The position numbers and the translations under genes are program-made. From the IMG/VR virus record IMGVR_UViG_3300020220_000121, positions 1-41,545 of that record: a stretch of DNA of 41,545 nt; one strand, 5' to 3'. The stretch's first letter is position 1. Every line of letters starts with the position of its first letter. The notes under the pieces were generated by a model. The model was not told where the DNA came from. It did not search any database and saw nothing but the letters and a program-made list of their open reading frames with translations. The DNA comes from a virus (taxonomy: Duplodnaviria; Caudoviricetes). Positions 7,380 through 16,828 of this stretch are shown here, piece by piece.

Positions 7380-8351
7380 ATGTTTGTAACAAAAAACCTA
7401 GTGCATGACATCAAGAATGTCCCGGTACCATGGATATTTGAACATTTTTGTAAGCTTAAAGAAAAGCTTAACGGCCATGACATAAAAATCAAGAGTATAT
7501 TCAACCCTAAAGAACGTACTCCCAGCATGTGTATCTACATTGCTAAGGATAAAGTATACAGGTATAAAGACTTCTCATCAGGCAAATATGGTTCCGCCAT
7601 AGATTTAGTAAAAGATATTACCCAGCTTCCATATCATAAAGCATGTCAGCAAGTAGTAGAAAAGTATAACGATTTTGTCTTACATAATAATGGAGACTAT
7701 GACCTCCAGGAGTTTAAACAGGCGAGTAAGTACAAAGTATCTTCTATAAAACCCCGGCAGTGGAATACATCTGATCAATACTTCTGGACCCAGTTTAATA
7801 TCGGCACAAGACTTTTAACTGAGCATAATGTTGTCCCTTTAGAGTCCTATTGTATGATAAAGGACAATAAGGAACTATGTATTAGGGGAAACTATCTATA
7901 TGGTTACCACAAGCCCGACGGCAGCCTGTACAAAATCTATCAACCCAAGACCCTGGATAAAAAATTCATTAAAGTCTCTGACTATATCCAAGGTTCAGAT
8001 CAGCTTAAACAACATCCTTTTTTAGTAATAACCAGCTCTCTTAAAGATATCATGTCCTTAAAGAGTCTTAAGTTATCCATAGTAGACTACATAGCCCCGG
8101 ATTCTGAGAATTCAATAATCAGAAAAGAGGTAATGAATGAATACCTAAAAAAGTATAAAAAGATAGTTGTGCTGTTCGATTATGACGAAGCAGGTATAAA
8201 AGCAATGGAACGTTATAAAGAGCTATATCCTACTATACAGATAGCCACTCTACCAATGAGTAAAGATATATCTGATTCTATTAGAGATAATACTGCTCAG
8301 GAGGTACGTAATAGACTAATTCCAATCTTAAACAAAAAACTAGAAGACTAG
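7380..8351 (+). CDS. DnaG-like primase (TOPRIM)
   Basis: N-terminal SIFNPKERTPS...YKDFSSG (CHC2-like, without the metal ligands). TOPRIM motifs ITSSLKD and LFDYDEAG, and C-terminal KDISD. Confidence 0.85.
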   Translation: MFVTKNLVHDIKNVPVPWIFEHFCKLKEKLNGHDIKIKSIFNPKERTPSMCIYIAKDKVYRYKDFSSGKYGSAIDLVKDITQLPYHKACQQVVEKYNDFVLHNNGDYDLQEFKQASKYKVSSIKPRQWNTSDQYFWTQFNIGTRLLTEHNVVPLESYCMIKDNKELCIRGNYLYGYHKPDGSLYKIYQPKTLDKKFIKVSDYIQGSDQLKQHPFLVITSSLKDIMSLKSLKLSIVDYIAPDSENSIIRKEVMNEYLKKYKKIVVLFDYDEAGIKAMERYKELYPTIQIATLPMSKDISDSIRDNTAQEVRNRLIPILNKKLED

Positions 8352-8363
8352 TTAAGTACTGTT

Positions 8364-8371
8364 TATATTTG
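8364..8371 (+). promoter_or_regulatory. Bacteroidota -7 box
   Basis: TATATTTG(TA), identical to the box at 2942 and 20 nt upstream of the ATG at 8392. Confidence 0.7.
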
Positions 8372-8391
8372 TAGAGATAAATCCACACCCT

Positions 8392-8841
8392 ATGCAGCAA
8401 CCCTGGTTCTATAAAAATAAGGAAATCTATAATATAGAAGACTTACCAGCCTACAATAACATCCATGGTTTCGTATATATCATACAAGATACGATAACAG
8501 ATAAGTTCTACGTAGGTAAAAAGGTCCTGCGTAATATTCGTAAAACAAAAATATCAAAGCGTTTAAAAAAAGCTACTAAGACACGTAAGACTTACCAGTA
8601 TATTATAAAAGAGTCAGATTGGAAAGATTACTATGGCTCATGCAAGGAACTACAAGATGACATAAGCAAATATAATAAGCAAAGATTTAAACGCACTATT
8701 CTAGAGTTATGCTGTACTAAGAAGTACTTAAGCTACTGTGAAATAAAGTGGCAGATTAAACTAGAAGTTCTAAATAGAGGAAGCTATAACGGAAACATCT
8801 TGGGCCGTTACTATACCCGGGATATGCAAAACTGTTTTTAA
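8392..8841 (+). CDS. GIY-YIG family endonuclease
   Basis: GFVYII...KFYVGKK, WKDYYGS, a conserved Glu (SYCE) and a C-terminal YN. Confidence 0.75.
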   Translation: MQQPWFYKNKEIYNIEDLPAYNNIHGFVYIIQDTITDKFYVGKKVLRNIRKTKISKRLKKATKTRKTYQYIIKESDWKDYYGSCKELQDDISKYNKQRFKRTILELCCTKKYLSYCEIKWQIKLEVLNRGSYNGNILGRYYTRDMQNCF

Positions 8842-8843
8842 CA

Positions 8844-9053
8844 ATGACAATTTATTTAATAAAATGGACAAACTATGAAACTGGCGAGATATATCGTCGA
8901 GCATTCAGCAATGTAACAGAATCAAGAAAAAAACTTAATGAACTAATAAAAGACAGTAAGATTATTATTGATTATACAGAGGAATCTGGACATATAAAAG
9001 TACTAAAACCAAAGACACAAGCTGATGTAATTAACCTAATAAATACTATATAA
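8844..9053 (+). CDS. Hypothetical protein
   Basis: 69-aa ORF with a TAATG overlap to the next gene. Confidence 0.7.
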   Translation: MTIYLIKWTNYETGEIYRRAFSNVTESRKKLNELIKDSKIIIDYTEESGHIKVLKPKTQADVINLINTI

Positions 9054-9247
9054 TGAAAACTCAAGAGAAAAATGATGCTACTACCCTTAAAGATTTTCAA
9101 GAGCTTGAAAAAATGCAAAAAGAGTACGACCAAATCATAGCATTCCTAGAATATGAAGAGGCGTTCACTACAGATAAAAGAACACAAGAACGCATTTGTA
9201 GAAAACTTCAACAGTTAGGTATATGGTCAACACAACAAGAGAACTAA
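9053..9247 (+). CDS. Hypothetical protein
   Basis: 64-aa helical ORF, translationally coupled to the previous gene. Confidence 0.7.
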   Translation: MKTQEKNDATTLKDFQELEKMQKEYDQIIAFLEYEEAFTTDKRTQERICRKLQQLGIWSTQQEN

Positions 9248-9678
9248 TAGCTAAGTACCCAAAGATATTCCAACAACATAAAGAAAATCAAGGGATGAGA
9301 AACTGGATGAATGTACCAAATAGTTGGTTACATATTATAGATATACTGTGTGGAAGTATACAATCCTACATAGATAATGTTACCGTTTACATAGAAGGTA
9401 AGAAACACATAATTCCTCAAGTAATTTGTTTTCAAATGAAAGAAAAATATGGTTGTCTACGTTTCTATGCATATGGAGGAGATGATCATACTGAAGGCAT
9501 GATTTACATGGCAGAACATTTATGTGATAATACCTGTCAAGACTGTGGATCAACAAATGATATTGGACGAACTAAAGGCTGGATCACTACTCTCTGCAGA
9601 ACATGTGCTATAGCTAATGGAGACAGAGCTATGGCTAATTGGGAACCATTAAATTCTAAAGAAGATGTTAACCCTTAA
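9223..9678 (+). CDS. Phage protein with KEKxG motif and C-terminal Cys cluster
   Basis: QMKEKYGCLRFY, CQDCG and GWITTLCRTC; the two CxxC pairs suggest a metal-binding ribbon. Confidence 0.7.
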   Translation: MVNTTRELIAKYPKIFQQHKENQGMRNWMNVPNSWLHIIDILCGSIQSYIDNVTVYIEGKKHIIPQVICFQMKEKYGCLRFYAYGGDDHTEGMIYMAEHLCDNTCQDCGSTNDIGRTKGWITTLCRTCAIANGDRAMANWEPLNSKEDVNP

Positions 9679-9991
9679 AGACTGGATAAACTCTCCTGAA
9701 TATAAAGAGTTAGTAGAAAGAATGCAAAAATCCCAAGAAGAGCAAATCAAAACTCTTGAGGATAACTTAACCCAGGATATGGTAGCTGACATACGCCACT
9801 GGCGTGTTGGTGAAGCTCCTGATAATTTAGATGCCAATAACTGGCGAGATATATCAAAACTCTTTGTAGAAAAATACCCAGAGTTTTCTGATAAATACAA
9901 TATAGTAATGGATGATCAAATATCCGGTATGCTACTATGCGATGTTGCTATGTCATTACTTAAACAAAAACCTGAAGAAGGATGGAACTAG
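9665..9991 (+). CDS. Hypothetical protein
   Basis: 108-aa ORF overlapping both neighbours. Confidence 0.7.
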   Translation: MLTLKDWINSPEYKELVERMQKSQEEQIKTLEDNLTQDMVADIRHWRVGEAPDNLDANNWRDISKLFVEKYPEFSDKYNIVMDDQISGMLLCDVAMSLLKQKPEEGWN

Positions 9992-11010
9992 AAAGTATTA
10001 TGGAAGAATCTATAGATACTTTGGAGAAAGATTTCTATAGTAAAAAATTCTTTTACTCATACAGCAGCTTAAATAAAATAATCTGGAATCCTCAGATTTT
10101 TTATCAAATGTATGTATTAGGACTTAAAGAAGAAAGACTAGATACCCATCTAGTTCAAGGTAAACTAATCCACCTATTACTATTAAAACCAGAGAAATTT
10201 GAAAAAGAGTTTATAATGACTCCTTCTTCACTTCCATCAGGTAATCTAAAAGTAGTAGTTGACAGAGTATTTAAACACCACATAGAACTTAGCCGTAATG
10301 GTGATGACCGTACAGAGCTTGCACAATTTGACGGAGCCATATTGGATGTAATGAAGAATATAAACTACTTCCAAAATCTAAAAACTGATAAGCAACGTAT
10401 AGAAAAAATCATTACTACAGAAGCTATTTCTTATTGGGAATTTCTAAAAACTAAGGGTAACAAGACCCTTATTGATCCTGATATCCTTAAATTCTGCACA
10501 GACGCAGTAGATATTATCAAGACTAACGAGCAAGTTTGTAAACTTATAGGTTGTGAAGTTAGTGAGTTTGATAACACGGAGGTGATAAACGAATTACCAG
10601 TAACTGCCGAGTTCAGCAATAAAGCATATGGTCTAAAAGGTATTATTGATAACATAGTAATTAATCACGACAAGAAGATAATCTTTGTTAATGATATCAA
10701 GACTACAAGTAAGGATTTAAAAGACTTCCCTGAAACTATAGAATACTATTCTTACTGGTTACAAGCTATCATATATATGATCATTGTTAACCATATATAC
10801 AGTGATATTACCGGTCAAGGATACCAAACTAAGTTTCACTTTGTTGTCACAGATAAAAACTTCCAAAGTTACGCATTCCCTGTATCTGAAGAAACACTGA
10901 ATAATTGGTTAGAGAGATTCCAGACTACAATAGCTAAGGCAGAATGGCACTATGCAAACAAAAACTATAAACTTCCTTACGACTTTGCTAAAGGACTTGT
11001 CGTTCTTTAA
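9982..11010 (+). CDS. PD-(D/E)XK exonuclease (RecE/exonuclease VIII-like)
   Basis: SYSSL, GKLIH, KGIID, VNDIKTT and YWLQAIIY. Confidence 0.85.
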   Translation: MELESIMEESIDTLEKDFYSKKFFYSYSSLNKIIWNPQIFYQMYVLGLKEERLDTHLVQGKLIHLLLLKPEKFEKEFIMTPSSLPSGNLKVVVDRVFKHHIELSRNGDDRTELAQFDGAILDVMKNINYFQNLKTDKQRIEKIITTEAISYWEFLKTKGNKTLIDPDILKFCTDAVDIIKTNEQVCKLIGCEVSEFDNTEVINELPVTAEFSNKAYGLKGIIDNIVINHDKKIIFVNDIKTTSKDLKDFPETIEYYSYWLQAIIYMIIVNHIYSDITGQGYQTKFHFVVTDKNFQSYAFPVSEETLNNWLERFQTTIAKAEWHYANKNYKLPYDFAKGLVVL

Positions 11011-11019
11011 AAAATAATA

Positions 11020-11580
11020 ATGATAGATAGTTTATATACAAAGTATTTTCAGAAGTCTAGGTCCTTTTTATTCCCTGCCCTGGATATAAAAAGGACCTCT
11101 AAATTCTCTCCATCTGGAACCTATGTTGCCCTGAATGGGCTAATCCAACCAGAGGATATTAAACTAATCTGTGCCTACAAGGAAGACTCCTCTGAAGAGT
11201 TTAAGAACTTTGAAGAGCAGATGCTTTTAAGCAATCCCTTATTTTCACAGATACTACACATTAGTCATTATAACCTATATGTGTTTGATTTTCAAACATA
11301 TGCAGATGATTGGTTCAGCTTTATGCTTGGTAAATACTCCAAGTTATCCAATGTTCTAAAGAGGGCAATTAAAGTATATTATGGGGAAAACTCGTCTGAG
11401 TATAAATACATAGAAACCTTTTTATATCCAGAAAAGTACTTTGATATATATGCTAGACTCTTAGACGTAGAACCTAGGACACTTAAAATGATTGGAGAAC
11501 TATGTGACCCCTGTGACCTGGAAAAAGAAAGTCTAAAAATTCCATTAAAAGATTTAGAAATCTTACAAAAAACTGTTTAA
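11020..11580 (+). CDS. Hypothetical phage protein
   Basis: 186-aa ORF (KSRSFLFP...GKYSKLS) directly after the exonuclease. Confidence 0.75.
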   Translation: MIDSLYTKYFQKSRSFLFPALDIKRTSKFSPSGTYVALNGLIQPEDIKLICAYKEDSSEEFKNFEEQMLLSNPLFSQILHISHYNLYVFDFQTYADDWFSFMLGKYSKLSNVLKRAIKVYYGENSSEYKYIETFLYPEKYFDIYARLLDVEPRTLKMIGELCDPCDLEKESLKIPLKDLEILQKTV

Positions 11581-11585
11581 TTTCG
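11578..11585 (+). promoter_or_regulatory. Bacteroidota -7 box variant
   Basis: TAATTTCG(TA), 21 nt upstream of the ATG at 11607. The spacing matches the other boxes. Confidence 0.5.
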
Positions 11586-11606
11586 TATAACTCAATTATA
11601 AATACT

Positions 11607-12017
11607 ATGAATAAAACAATGATGCTGGTTACCGGTAATTGGGGTAACAACAAAACATTTAAAATGATTCCTATACTACCAGACTGTCCATTTAATGAAG
11701 CGATATTTGATAGAGATAGTAAGGTACTTGCTCTTATCGGCAAAGAAAAAAAGCAGAGTCTACATATGATTGCAAAGCTAGATGATAATGGTGATATAAA
11801 GACCCTTAAAATAGGTCGGAGATCAGGAGGTAAACAATTTGCTGAGGAACGTAAGATACTTGAAACATACTATGAATACTACATAGAAAACCCTGATGAA
11901 ATTAAAGATATAGTTAATGCTTTTTCAATAAATGCAGACTCATTTAATTTCGTACAATATATGGAAGATGCCTATGCAAATACCACAAGCCCTACTAGCG
12001 AAGGAATTCCAGCGTAG
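11607..12017 (+). CDS. Hypothetical protein
   Basis: 136-aa ORF upstream of the polymerase. Confidence 0.75.
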   Translation: MNKTMMLVTGNWGNNKTFKMIPILPDCPFNEAIFDRDSKVLALIGKEKKQSLHMIAKLDDNGDIKTLKIGRRSGGKQFAEERKILETYYEYYIENPDEIKDIVNAFSINADSFNFVQYMEDAYANTTSPTSEGIPA

Positions 12018-12062
12018 TTTTTATTATAAAAAGGGGGAACAGCTTAACTGAACACAATAGAA

Positions 12063-14000
12063 ATGAGTAACCAACAGATCCACTGGGTTATGGACTATGA
12101 AACACTATGTAATTGTTTCGTAGCAGTATTTCAGCATTATAAAGATGATAGTGTTAGACATATATTCATAGTCAACAATGAAAAAAATGACTTTACAAGT
12201 TTTGTAAACTTCTTAAAGTCTTGTATAAAAAATAAGCAGTATCATATTTCTTATAATGGCTTAGCATTTGATGCACAAGTTACACAATGGATACTTGATA
12301 ATAGCCAGAAACTCTCTACTAAGAACACAGAGGAAATAGCAAATAGTATTTACGAGTTTGCACAGAAAACTATAAGTCGTAACGACAAAAAAGAGTTTTT
12401 AGAATATCCACCATATAAACTGAAGATTAAACAAATTGACCTGTTTAAGATGAACCATTGGGATAACCATGCCAAGATGAGTTCTCTTAAATGGATTCAG
12501 TATTCTATGGACTGGGATAATATAGAAGAGATGCCTCATCCGCACCTTGAGCCGGTTACGACTGATGATCAGCTCAAAAGTATAGTATCCTACTGTATTA
12601 ATGATGTATTATCTACCAAGAAGATACTATACTACAGCAAGGAACAACTAGTACTAAGACAGACACTAACCAAAGAATATGGTATAGATTTGTACAGTGC
12701 TTCTGAACCTAGAATATCCAAGGAGTTATTTCTACACTTTCTGCAGAAGAAGCTAGGCTGGGAAAAGTCAGAGATTAAACAGCTACGCACTCCAAGACCT
12801 TACATAATACTAGCAGATTGTATAGTTCCTTACATCCAGTTTAAGACCTTAGATTTTCAAAATATACTAGAATACTTTAGAAGGAAAGTAATTACATCCA
12901 CAAAAGAAGGTTTTAAGCACAGTATCACATACCGGGGTATCCGTACAGACTATGGTTTAGGTGGTATCCACGGTGCAACAACTGCAGGTATCTACGAAGC
13001 AAAGCCAGAATGGACCATAATGACCTCTGATGTTATCAGCTTCTATCCTAATCTAGCCATTAAGAATGGCTTTCATCCTGAACATTTACCAGCAAAAGAA
13101 TTTAATGAGCTTTATAAGTGGTTCTTTGAGGAGCGTGAGAAAATCCCAAAAGCCGATCCAAAGAACTATGTCTATAAACTTATCTTGAATTCTACATATG
13201 GTTTAACAGGCGATGAAAATTCTTTCTTGTACGATCCTAGGATGACCATGCAGATTACCATTAATGGACAGCTAAGTCTTAGTATGCTCTATGAAATGAT
13301 CTGTGAGGAGATTCCTGAAGCTATACCCTTAATGCAAAACACGGATGGTTTAGAAACTATGATTCCAACATCTGATATAGAGAAGTACATGAATATCTGT
13401 AATAGATGGGAGATAATTACAAAGCTATCCTTGGAGCACGATGAGTATAAGAAGATGATTATCAGAGATGTAAACAACTACATTGCTATCAGTAAAAATG
13501 ATAAAGTAAAATGCAAAGGGGCCTTTGAGTGGGAAGATCTAGATAAAAAGAAAGTAGCTGTCTTTCACAAGAACAAAAGCTTTCTGATCATACCCAAAGC
13601 TATCTATGCATACTTTGTAAAAGGTACAAAACCAGAAACTTTCCTGGCACAAAATACAGAAATAACTGATTACTGTGCAGGGGTTAAAGCTAAAAGTGGT
13701 TGGTACTTTGAAGAACAATACATTAGTAAAGGACAGCTAGTAGTAAATCGTCTACAAAAGATAGTCAGATACTACGTATCAAACTCAGGATCTAAACTAG
13801 TAAAGCATCACAAAGACGGTAGAGCAATCCAGGTAGAAGCAGGTCAGTGGTTACAAACCACAATAAATCATATAGACAAGGATAAACCTTTTCAGGATTA
13901 TAATATTAACCTGCAGTATTATTTGGAAGAAATCCACAAACAGATTGAACAAATAGAAAAGATAAAAACTAAATCATTCACACAATTATCACTTTTTTAA
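12063..14000 (+). CDS. polB: Family B DNA polymerase with 3'-5' exonuclease
   Basis: ExoI MDYET, ExoII SYNGLAFD, ExoIII YCINDV. Polymerase motifs A SDVISFYPN, B KLILNSTYG and C NTDG. Confidence 0.93.
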   Translation: MSNQQIHWVMDYETLCNCFVAVFQHYKDDSVRHIFIVNNEKNDFTSFVNFLKSCIKNKQYHISYNGLAFDAQVTQWILDNSQKLSTKNTEEIANSIYEFAQKTISRNDKKEFLEYPPYKLKIKQIDLFKMNHWDNHAKMSSLKWIQYSMDWDNIEEMPHPHLEPVTTDDQLKSIVSYCINDVLSTKKILYYSKEQLVLRQTLTKEYGIDLYSASEPRISKELFLHFLQKKLGWEKSEIKQLRTPRPYIILADCIVPYIQFKTLDFQNILEYFRRKVITSTKEGFKHSITYRGIRTDYGLGGIHGATTAGIYEAKPEWTIMTSDVISFYPNLAIKNGFHPEHLPAKEFNELYKWFFEEREKIPKADPKNYVYKLILNSTYGLTGDENSFLYDPRMTMQITINGQLSLSMLYEMICEEIPEAIPLMQNTDGLETMIPTSDIEKYMNICNRWEIITKLSLEHDEYKKMIIRDVNNYIAISKNDKVKCKGAFEWEDLDKKKVAVFHKNKSFLIIPKAIYAYFVKGTKPETFLAQNTEITDYCAGVKAKSGWYFEEQYISKGQLVVNRLQKIVRYYVSNSGSKLVKHHKDGRAIQVEAGQWLQTTINHIDKDKPFQDYNINLQYYLEEIHKQIEQIEKIKTKSFTQLSLF

Positions 14001-14009
14001 TTTAAAACT

Positions 14010-14855
14010 ATGGCAGTAAAGACACAATTTGTAACTGAGCACTACATTCGTAATGCTAGTTTACCCACACATGGTAAGAGTTACACAGTAATTTCTCACG
14101 GTTTCATCATTGATGAGACACGTAGAGAACTAGCCGCAGCAGGCTTTCAAATTAACCAAGAGCTGTACAAAACCAGCCTTGATGGACAAGTAGCACAAGG
14201 TGTATATCACCTAAATTATGGAAATGACCAAGACATGGGTCTTATGTTTGCCTGGTCTAACTCTTACAACAAACAGATGAGGTTTAAGTGTGCAATTGGT
14301 GCACAGGTATTTATTTGCATGAATGGAGTAGTTTCAGGTGATCTAGCTAACTTTCAGCGTAAGCACATAGGATCTGCGCTAGTAGATGTATCTAATTCAA
14401 TTCGGTTTCAGATTGCACATGCCAAAGATTACTATAATAATCTTATAGCAGACAAAGAAATGCTTAAGCAAGTTACTCTTAATCAGTCTCAAAAAGGTAG
14501 TGTTATTGGTAGACTACTTATTGAACAACAGATTCTAACACTTACACAAGTTGGTATAGTACAGCGTGAAATAGATAAACCTACACATGCATATTCTACT
14601 AACCCCAACTCAGCCTGGGATTTGTATAACCATGTTACATTTGCTCTAAAGGAATCACATCCAATGACTTATATATCTGATCATCAAAAAGTACACAACT
14701 TCTTTGTTGATGAATTTGGTAAACTGCAAGGAGTATATGTTCCAGTTGTAAATGATCCAGATCTAGACAATTATAAAGAAGAAATTCCTATTATTGTTGA
14801 TGATGAAATAGTGGAAGAAGAAGAAGAATTATTATATGGTGTAACCTTTAACTAA
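14010..14855 (+). CDS. DUF932-like phage protein with acidic tail
   Basis: SYTVISH, WSNSY, AIGAQVFICMNG and WDLYN.VT, plus a C-terminal DDEIVEEEEE. Confidence 0.6.
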   Translation: MAVKTQFVTEHYIRNASLPTHGKSYTVISHGFIIDETRRELAAAGFQINQELYKTSLDGQVAQGVYHLNYGNDQDMGLMFAWSNSYNKQMRFKCAIGAQVFICMNGVVSGDLANFQRKHIGSALVDVSNSIRFQIAHAKDYYNNLIADKEMLKQVTLNQSQKGSVIGRLLIEQQILTLTQVGIVQREIDKPTHAYSTNPNSAWDLYNHVTFALKESHPMTYISDHQKVHNFFVDEFGKLQGVYVPVVNDPDLDNYKEEIPIIVDDEIVEEEEELLYGVTFN

Positions 14856-14856
14856 T

Positions 14857-14889
14857 AAAAAAAGGAGGGGTGGGTAATACCATCCCTCC
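14857..14889. terminator. GC-rich hairpin, terminator-like (U-tract on the minus strand)
   Basis: A7 at 14857-14863, then GGAGGGGTGG-GTAATA-CCATCCCTCC (10-bp stem with one non-Watson-Crick pair). Confidence 0.55.
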
Positions 14890-14902
14890 AAAACCTCAAA
14901 AT

Positions 14903-15142
14903 ATGAAACATCAAAAATTTTCAACATCAAGTGGTCAGATAGAAATCACCTCTGATAGCATTGTAGCACTCCGTGAATTTGCGGAAGATATTAAAAATTC
15001 AGTCGGAGACGGAAATGAACTTCCAAATTACATATCTGATATGATATTTTCAATTGAAACTATGTATCAGCAGTACTTTGATTTAAGCGAAGATGATTGG
15101 GAGATTCACGAAGAATTACACGAACGGGATGAAATTAGTTAA
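14903..15142 (+). CDS. Small acidic hypothetical protein (79 aa)
   Basis: ATG at 14903 is preferred over GTG at 14870, which lies inside the hairpin. Manual count gives 19 D/E against 5 K/R. Confidence 0.7.
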   Translation: MKHQKFSTSSGQIEITSDSIVALREFAEDIKNSVGDGNELPNYISDMIFSIETMYQQYFDLSEDDWEIHEELHERDEIS

Positions 15143-15173
15143 CACCCCCGCTATAATTTAATAAAAAAATACT

Positions 15174-15458
15174 ATGGAATTAATTAATGCTAGAGAAATG
15201 GCAATCAAGCACCCCAGTACATTTCATGCTCCTTGTGAAGAATGTCTTAATGATATACAAACTGGAGACTATGTAAAAATCTGCCCAGGAAAAGAAAGAT
15301 TCTGGTGTAAAGTACTATCAGCTGACAAACTAAATAATACCATAACAGGATCTGTAGCCAATACTCTTATTCATTATGATTGGGAACCAGGTACAGAGCT
15401 TGAGTTTGGTTTTGAAAATGTGTATGATATTCTTAAACCAGAGGATGTAAACTTATAA
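15174..15458 (+). CDS. Hypothetical protein, possibly SH3-like or DUF2314-like
   Basis: GDYVKI...ERFWCKV...ITGSVAN pattern. Confidence 0.55.
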   Translation: MELINAREMAIKHPSTFHAPCEECLNDIQTGDYVKICPGKERFWCKVLSADKLNNTITGSVANTLIHYDWEPGTELEFGFENVYDILKPEDVNL

Positions 15459-15466
15459 TATATAAC

Positions 15467-16177
15467 ATGGCACTAATAGCAATTTCGGGATATGCTCATT
15501 CTGGAAAAGACACGGTAGGTAAACTTATACAAATAGCCTCCTGCGATAATATTCCAGAAGGTCTAGATCTAGAAGATCTTTTATATAACCCTAAATATTC
15601 ATCATTGATTACTAAAAACCAAAACTGGAAGATTAAGAAATGGGCAGGTAAACTTAAAACTATAGCCAGTATACTTACTGGTATTTCTGTAGAGAAGTTT
15701 GAAGACCAGGATTTTAAAAATAAAGCTCTTGATAGACAGTGGTGTTACCCTACAGAATGGCTAGGAAAAGAATGGTGGGTAGAAATGACAGCAAGGGAAT
15801 TCTTACAACGTCTTGGTACAGATGCATTACGTAACGGTCTACATAAAAACACATGGGTAAACGCCCTAATGGCTGACTATAAAGAGACCGAGTATATAGG
15901 CTCTGACTCAGAGGGTGCTGATATCTATGGGTACCCTGACTGGATTATCACAGATACAAGGTTTCCTAATGAAGCACAGGCTATCAAAAATGCCGGTGGA
16001 ATAGTAATCCGAGTAGACAGACCAGGATATAAACCAATTAATAATCACCCTAGTGAGACAGAACTAGACAAATGGGACTTTGATTATAGAATATTAAACA
16101 TATCTGACCTAAATTCTCTACTCTTCACAATAAATACTATCTTAAAAAAAGAAAATAAAAATTTTATATCTTTGTAA
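15467..16177 (+). CDS. Deoxynucleoside monophosphate kinase
   Basis: P-loop ISGYAHSGKDT, REFLQRLGT, ITDTRFPNE and HPSE. Confidence 0.9.
   Translation: MALIAISGYAHSGKDTVGKLIQIASCDNIPEGLDLEDLLYNPKYSSLITKNQNWKIKKWAGKLKTIASILTGISVEKFEDQDFKNKALDRQWCYPTEWLGKEWWVEMTAREFLQRLGTDALRNGLHKNTWVNALMADYKETEYIGSDSEGADIYGYPDWIITDTRFPNEAQAIKNAGGIVIRVDRPGYKPINNHPSETELDKWDFDYRILNISDLNSLLFTINTILKKENKNFISL
16167..16174 (+). promoter_or_regulatory. Bacteroidota -7 box
   Basis: TATCTTTG(TA), 18 nt upstream of the ATG at 16193. Confidence 0.6.
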
Positions 16178-16192
16178 AAAACCATAACTCAA

Positions 16193-16465
16193 ATGATTCA
16201 TCTACAAGGAACCATTAACACATTATTTGAAGAAACTTGTGTAAAAATTTACGATCCAGAACTTAAAAAAGTCATTGCTGTATTTCCAAACTATTCAAAA
16301 GCCGCTAATAGACTTGGTATACTCTCGTCAGTTGTACAACAAAAATGTATAAGAAAAACTAGAGTATTCTCACCGACATACGGTAAAGAAGTAGTATGTA
16401 GATTATCAAACAAAAATAAAGAAGAAACTGTTTTGATAGAAGAATCCAAAAATAAATTCCTATGA
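16193..16465 (+). CDS. Small DNA-binding protein (NUMOD1-like HTH)
   Basis: VKIYD...VIAVFPNYSKAANRLGI resembles the NUMOD1 pattern F.S..EAA..LGI. Confidence 0.5.
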   Translation: MIHLQGTINTLFEETCVKIYDPELKKVIAVFPNYSKAANRLGILSSVVQQKCIRKTRVFSPTYGKEVVCRLSNKNKEETVLIEESKNKFL

Positions 16466-16731
16466 AAAAGTATATTAACTTAATATTAAGTATTGGAACT
16501 ATTGGATTACTGTTCTATACTCTATTTAATCTAAAAGAACAGGTAAAACAAATACCTATTTTAAAGCATCAAATAGATTCTCTAGAATATATATCAGATA
16601 GTTTACACAGTGAGAACTTTATACTTACTTCAGAGATGGGTAGACACGAAATAACAAGAGGTGAAATTTTAACCAAATATCCTAAAATATATGATGAATA
16701 TAATACGTTCCTTTATACTCAAACTGAGTAA
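16462..16731 (+). CDS. Membrane-anchored coiled-coil protein
   Basis: N-terminal hydrophobic segment (INLILSIGTIGLLFYTLF), then heptads. ATGA overlap with the previous gene. Confidence 0.65.
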   Translation: MKKYINLILSIGTIGLLFYTLFNLKEQVKQIPILKHQIDSLEYISDSLHSENFILTSEMGRHEITRGEILTKYPKIYDEYNTFLYTQTE

Positions 16732-16828
16732 AATTAACTGGACATTTATTCTTGTCTGGTCTTTAATCCTGTTCTTAACATTTAAGTTTTGGGCATCAGC
16801 ATTTCACTTTTTATTTAGTAGTCAATGA
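16691..16828 (+). CDS. Small membrane peptide (45 aa)
   Basis: Manual translation: MMNIIRSFILKLSKINWTFILVWSLILFLTFKFWASAFHFLFSSQ*. The stop overlaps the next start (ATGA at 16825-16828). Confidence 0.5.
   Translation: MMNIIRSFILKLSKINWTFILVWSLILFLTFKFWASAFHFLFSSQ

Noticed and set aside
7325-7528. Minus-strand 67-aa ORF
   Set aside because: It is antisense to the primase start and overlaps the palindromic element, with no supporting features.
8392-8841. GIY-YIG gene as a mobile intron-encoded homing endonuclease
   Set aside because: It is free-standing, the flanking genes are intact, and there is no C-terminal DNA-binding extension.
9982-11010. Cas4-type Fe-S nuclease as the client of IscU, or a CRISPR link
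   Set aside because: It lacks the C-terminal three-Cys cluster of Cas4, and I saw no repeat-spacer array anywhere in the window.
12063-14000. Intein or intron in polB or dnaB
   Set aside because: Motif spacing is compact, with no intein termini or interrupted frame.
14870-14902. GTG start for the acidic ORF
   Set aside because: It is buried in a stable hairpin. ATG at 14903 has a typical A-rich leader.
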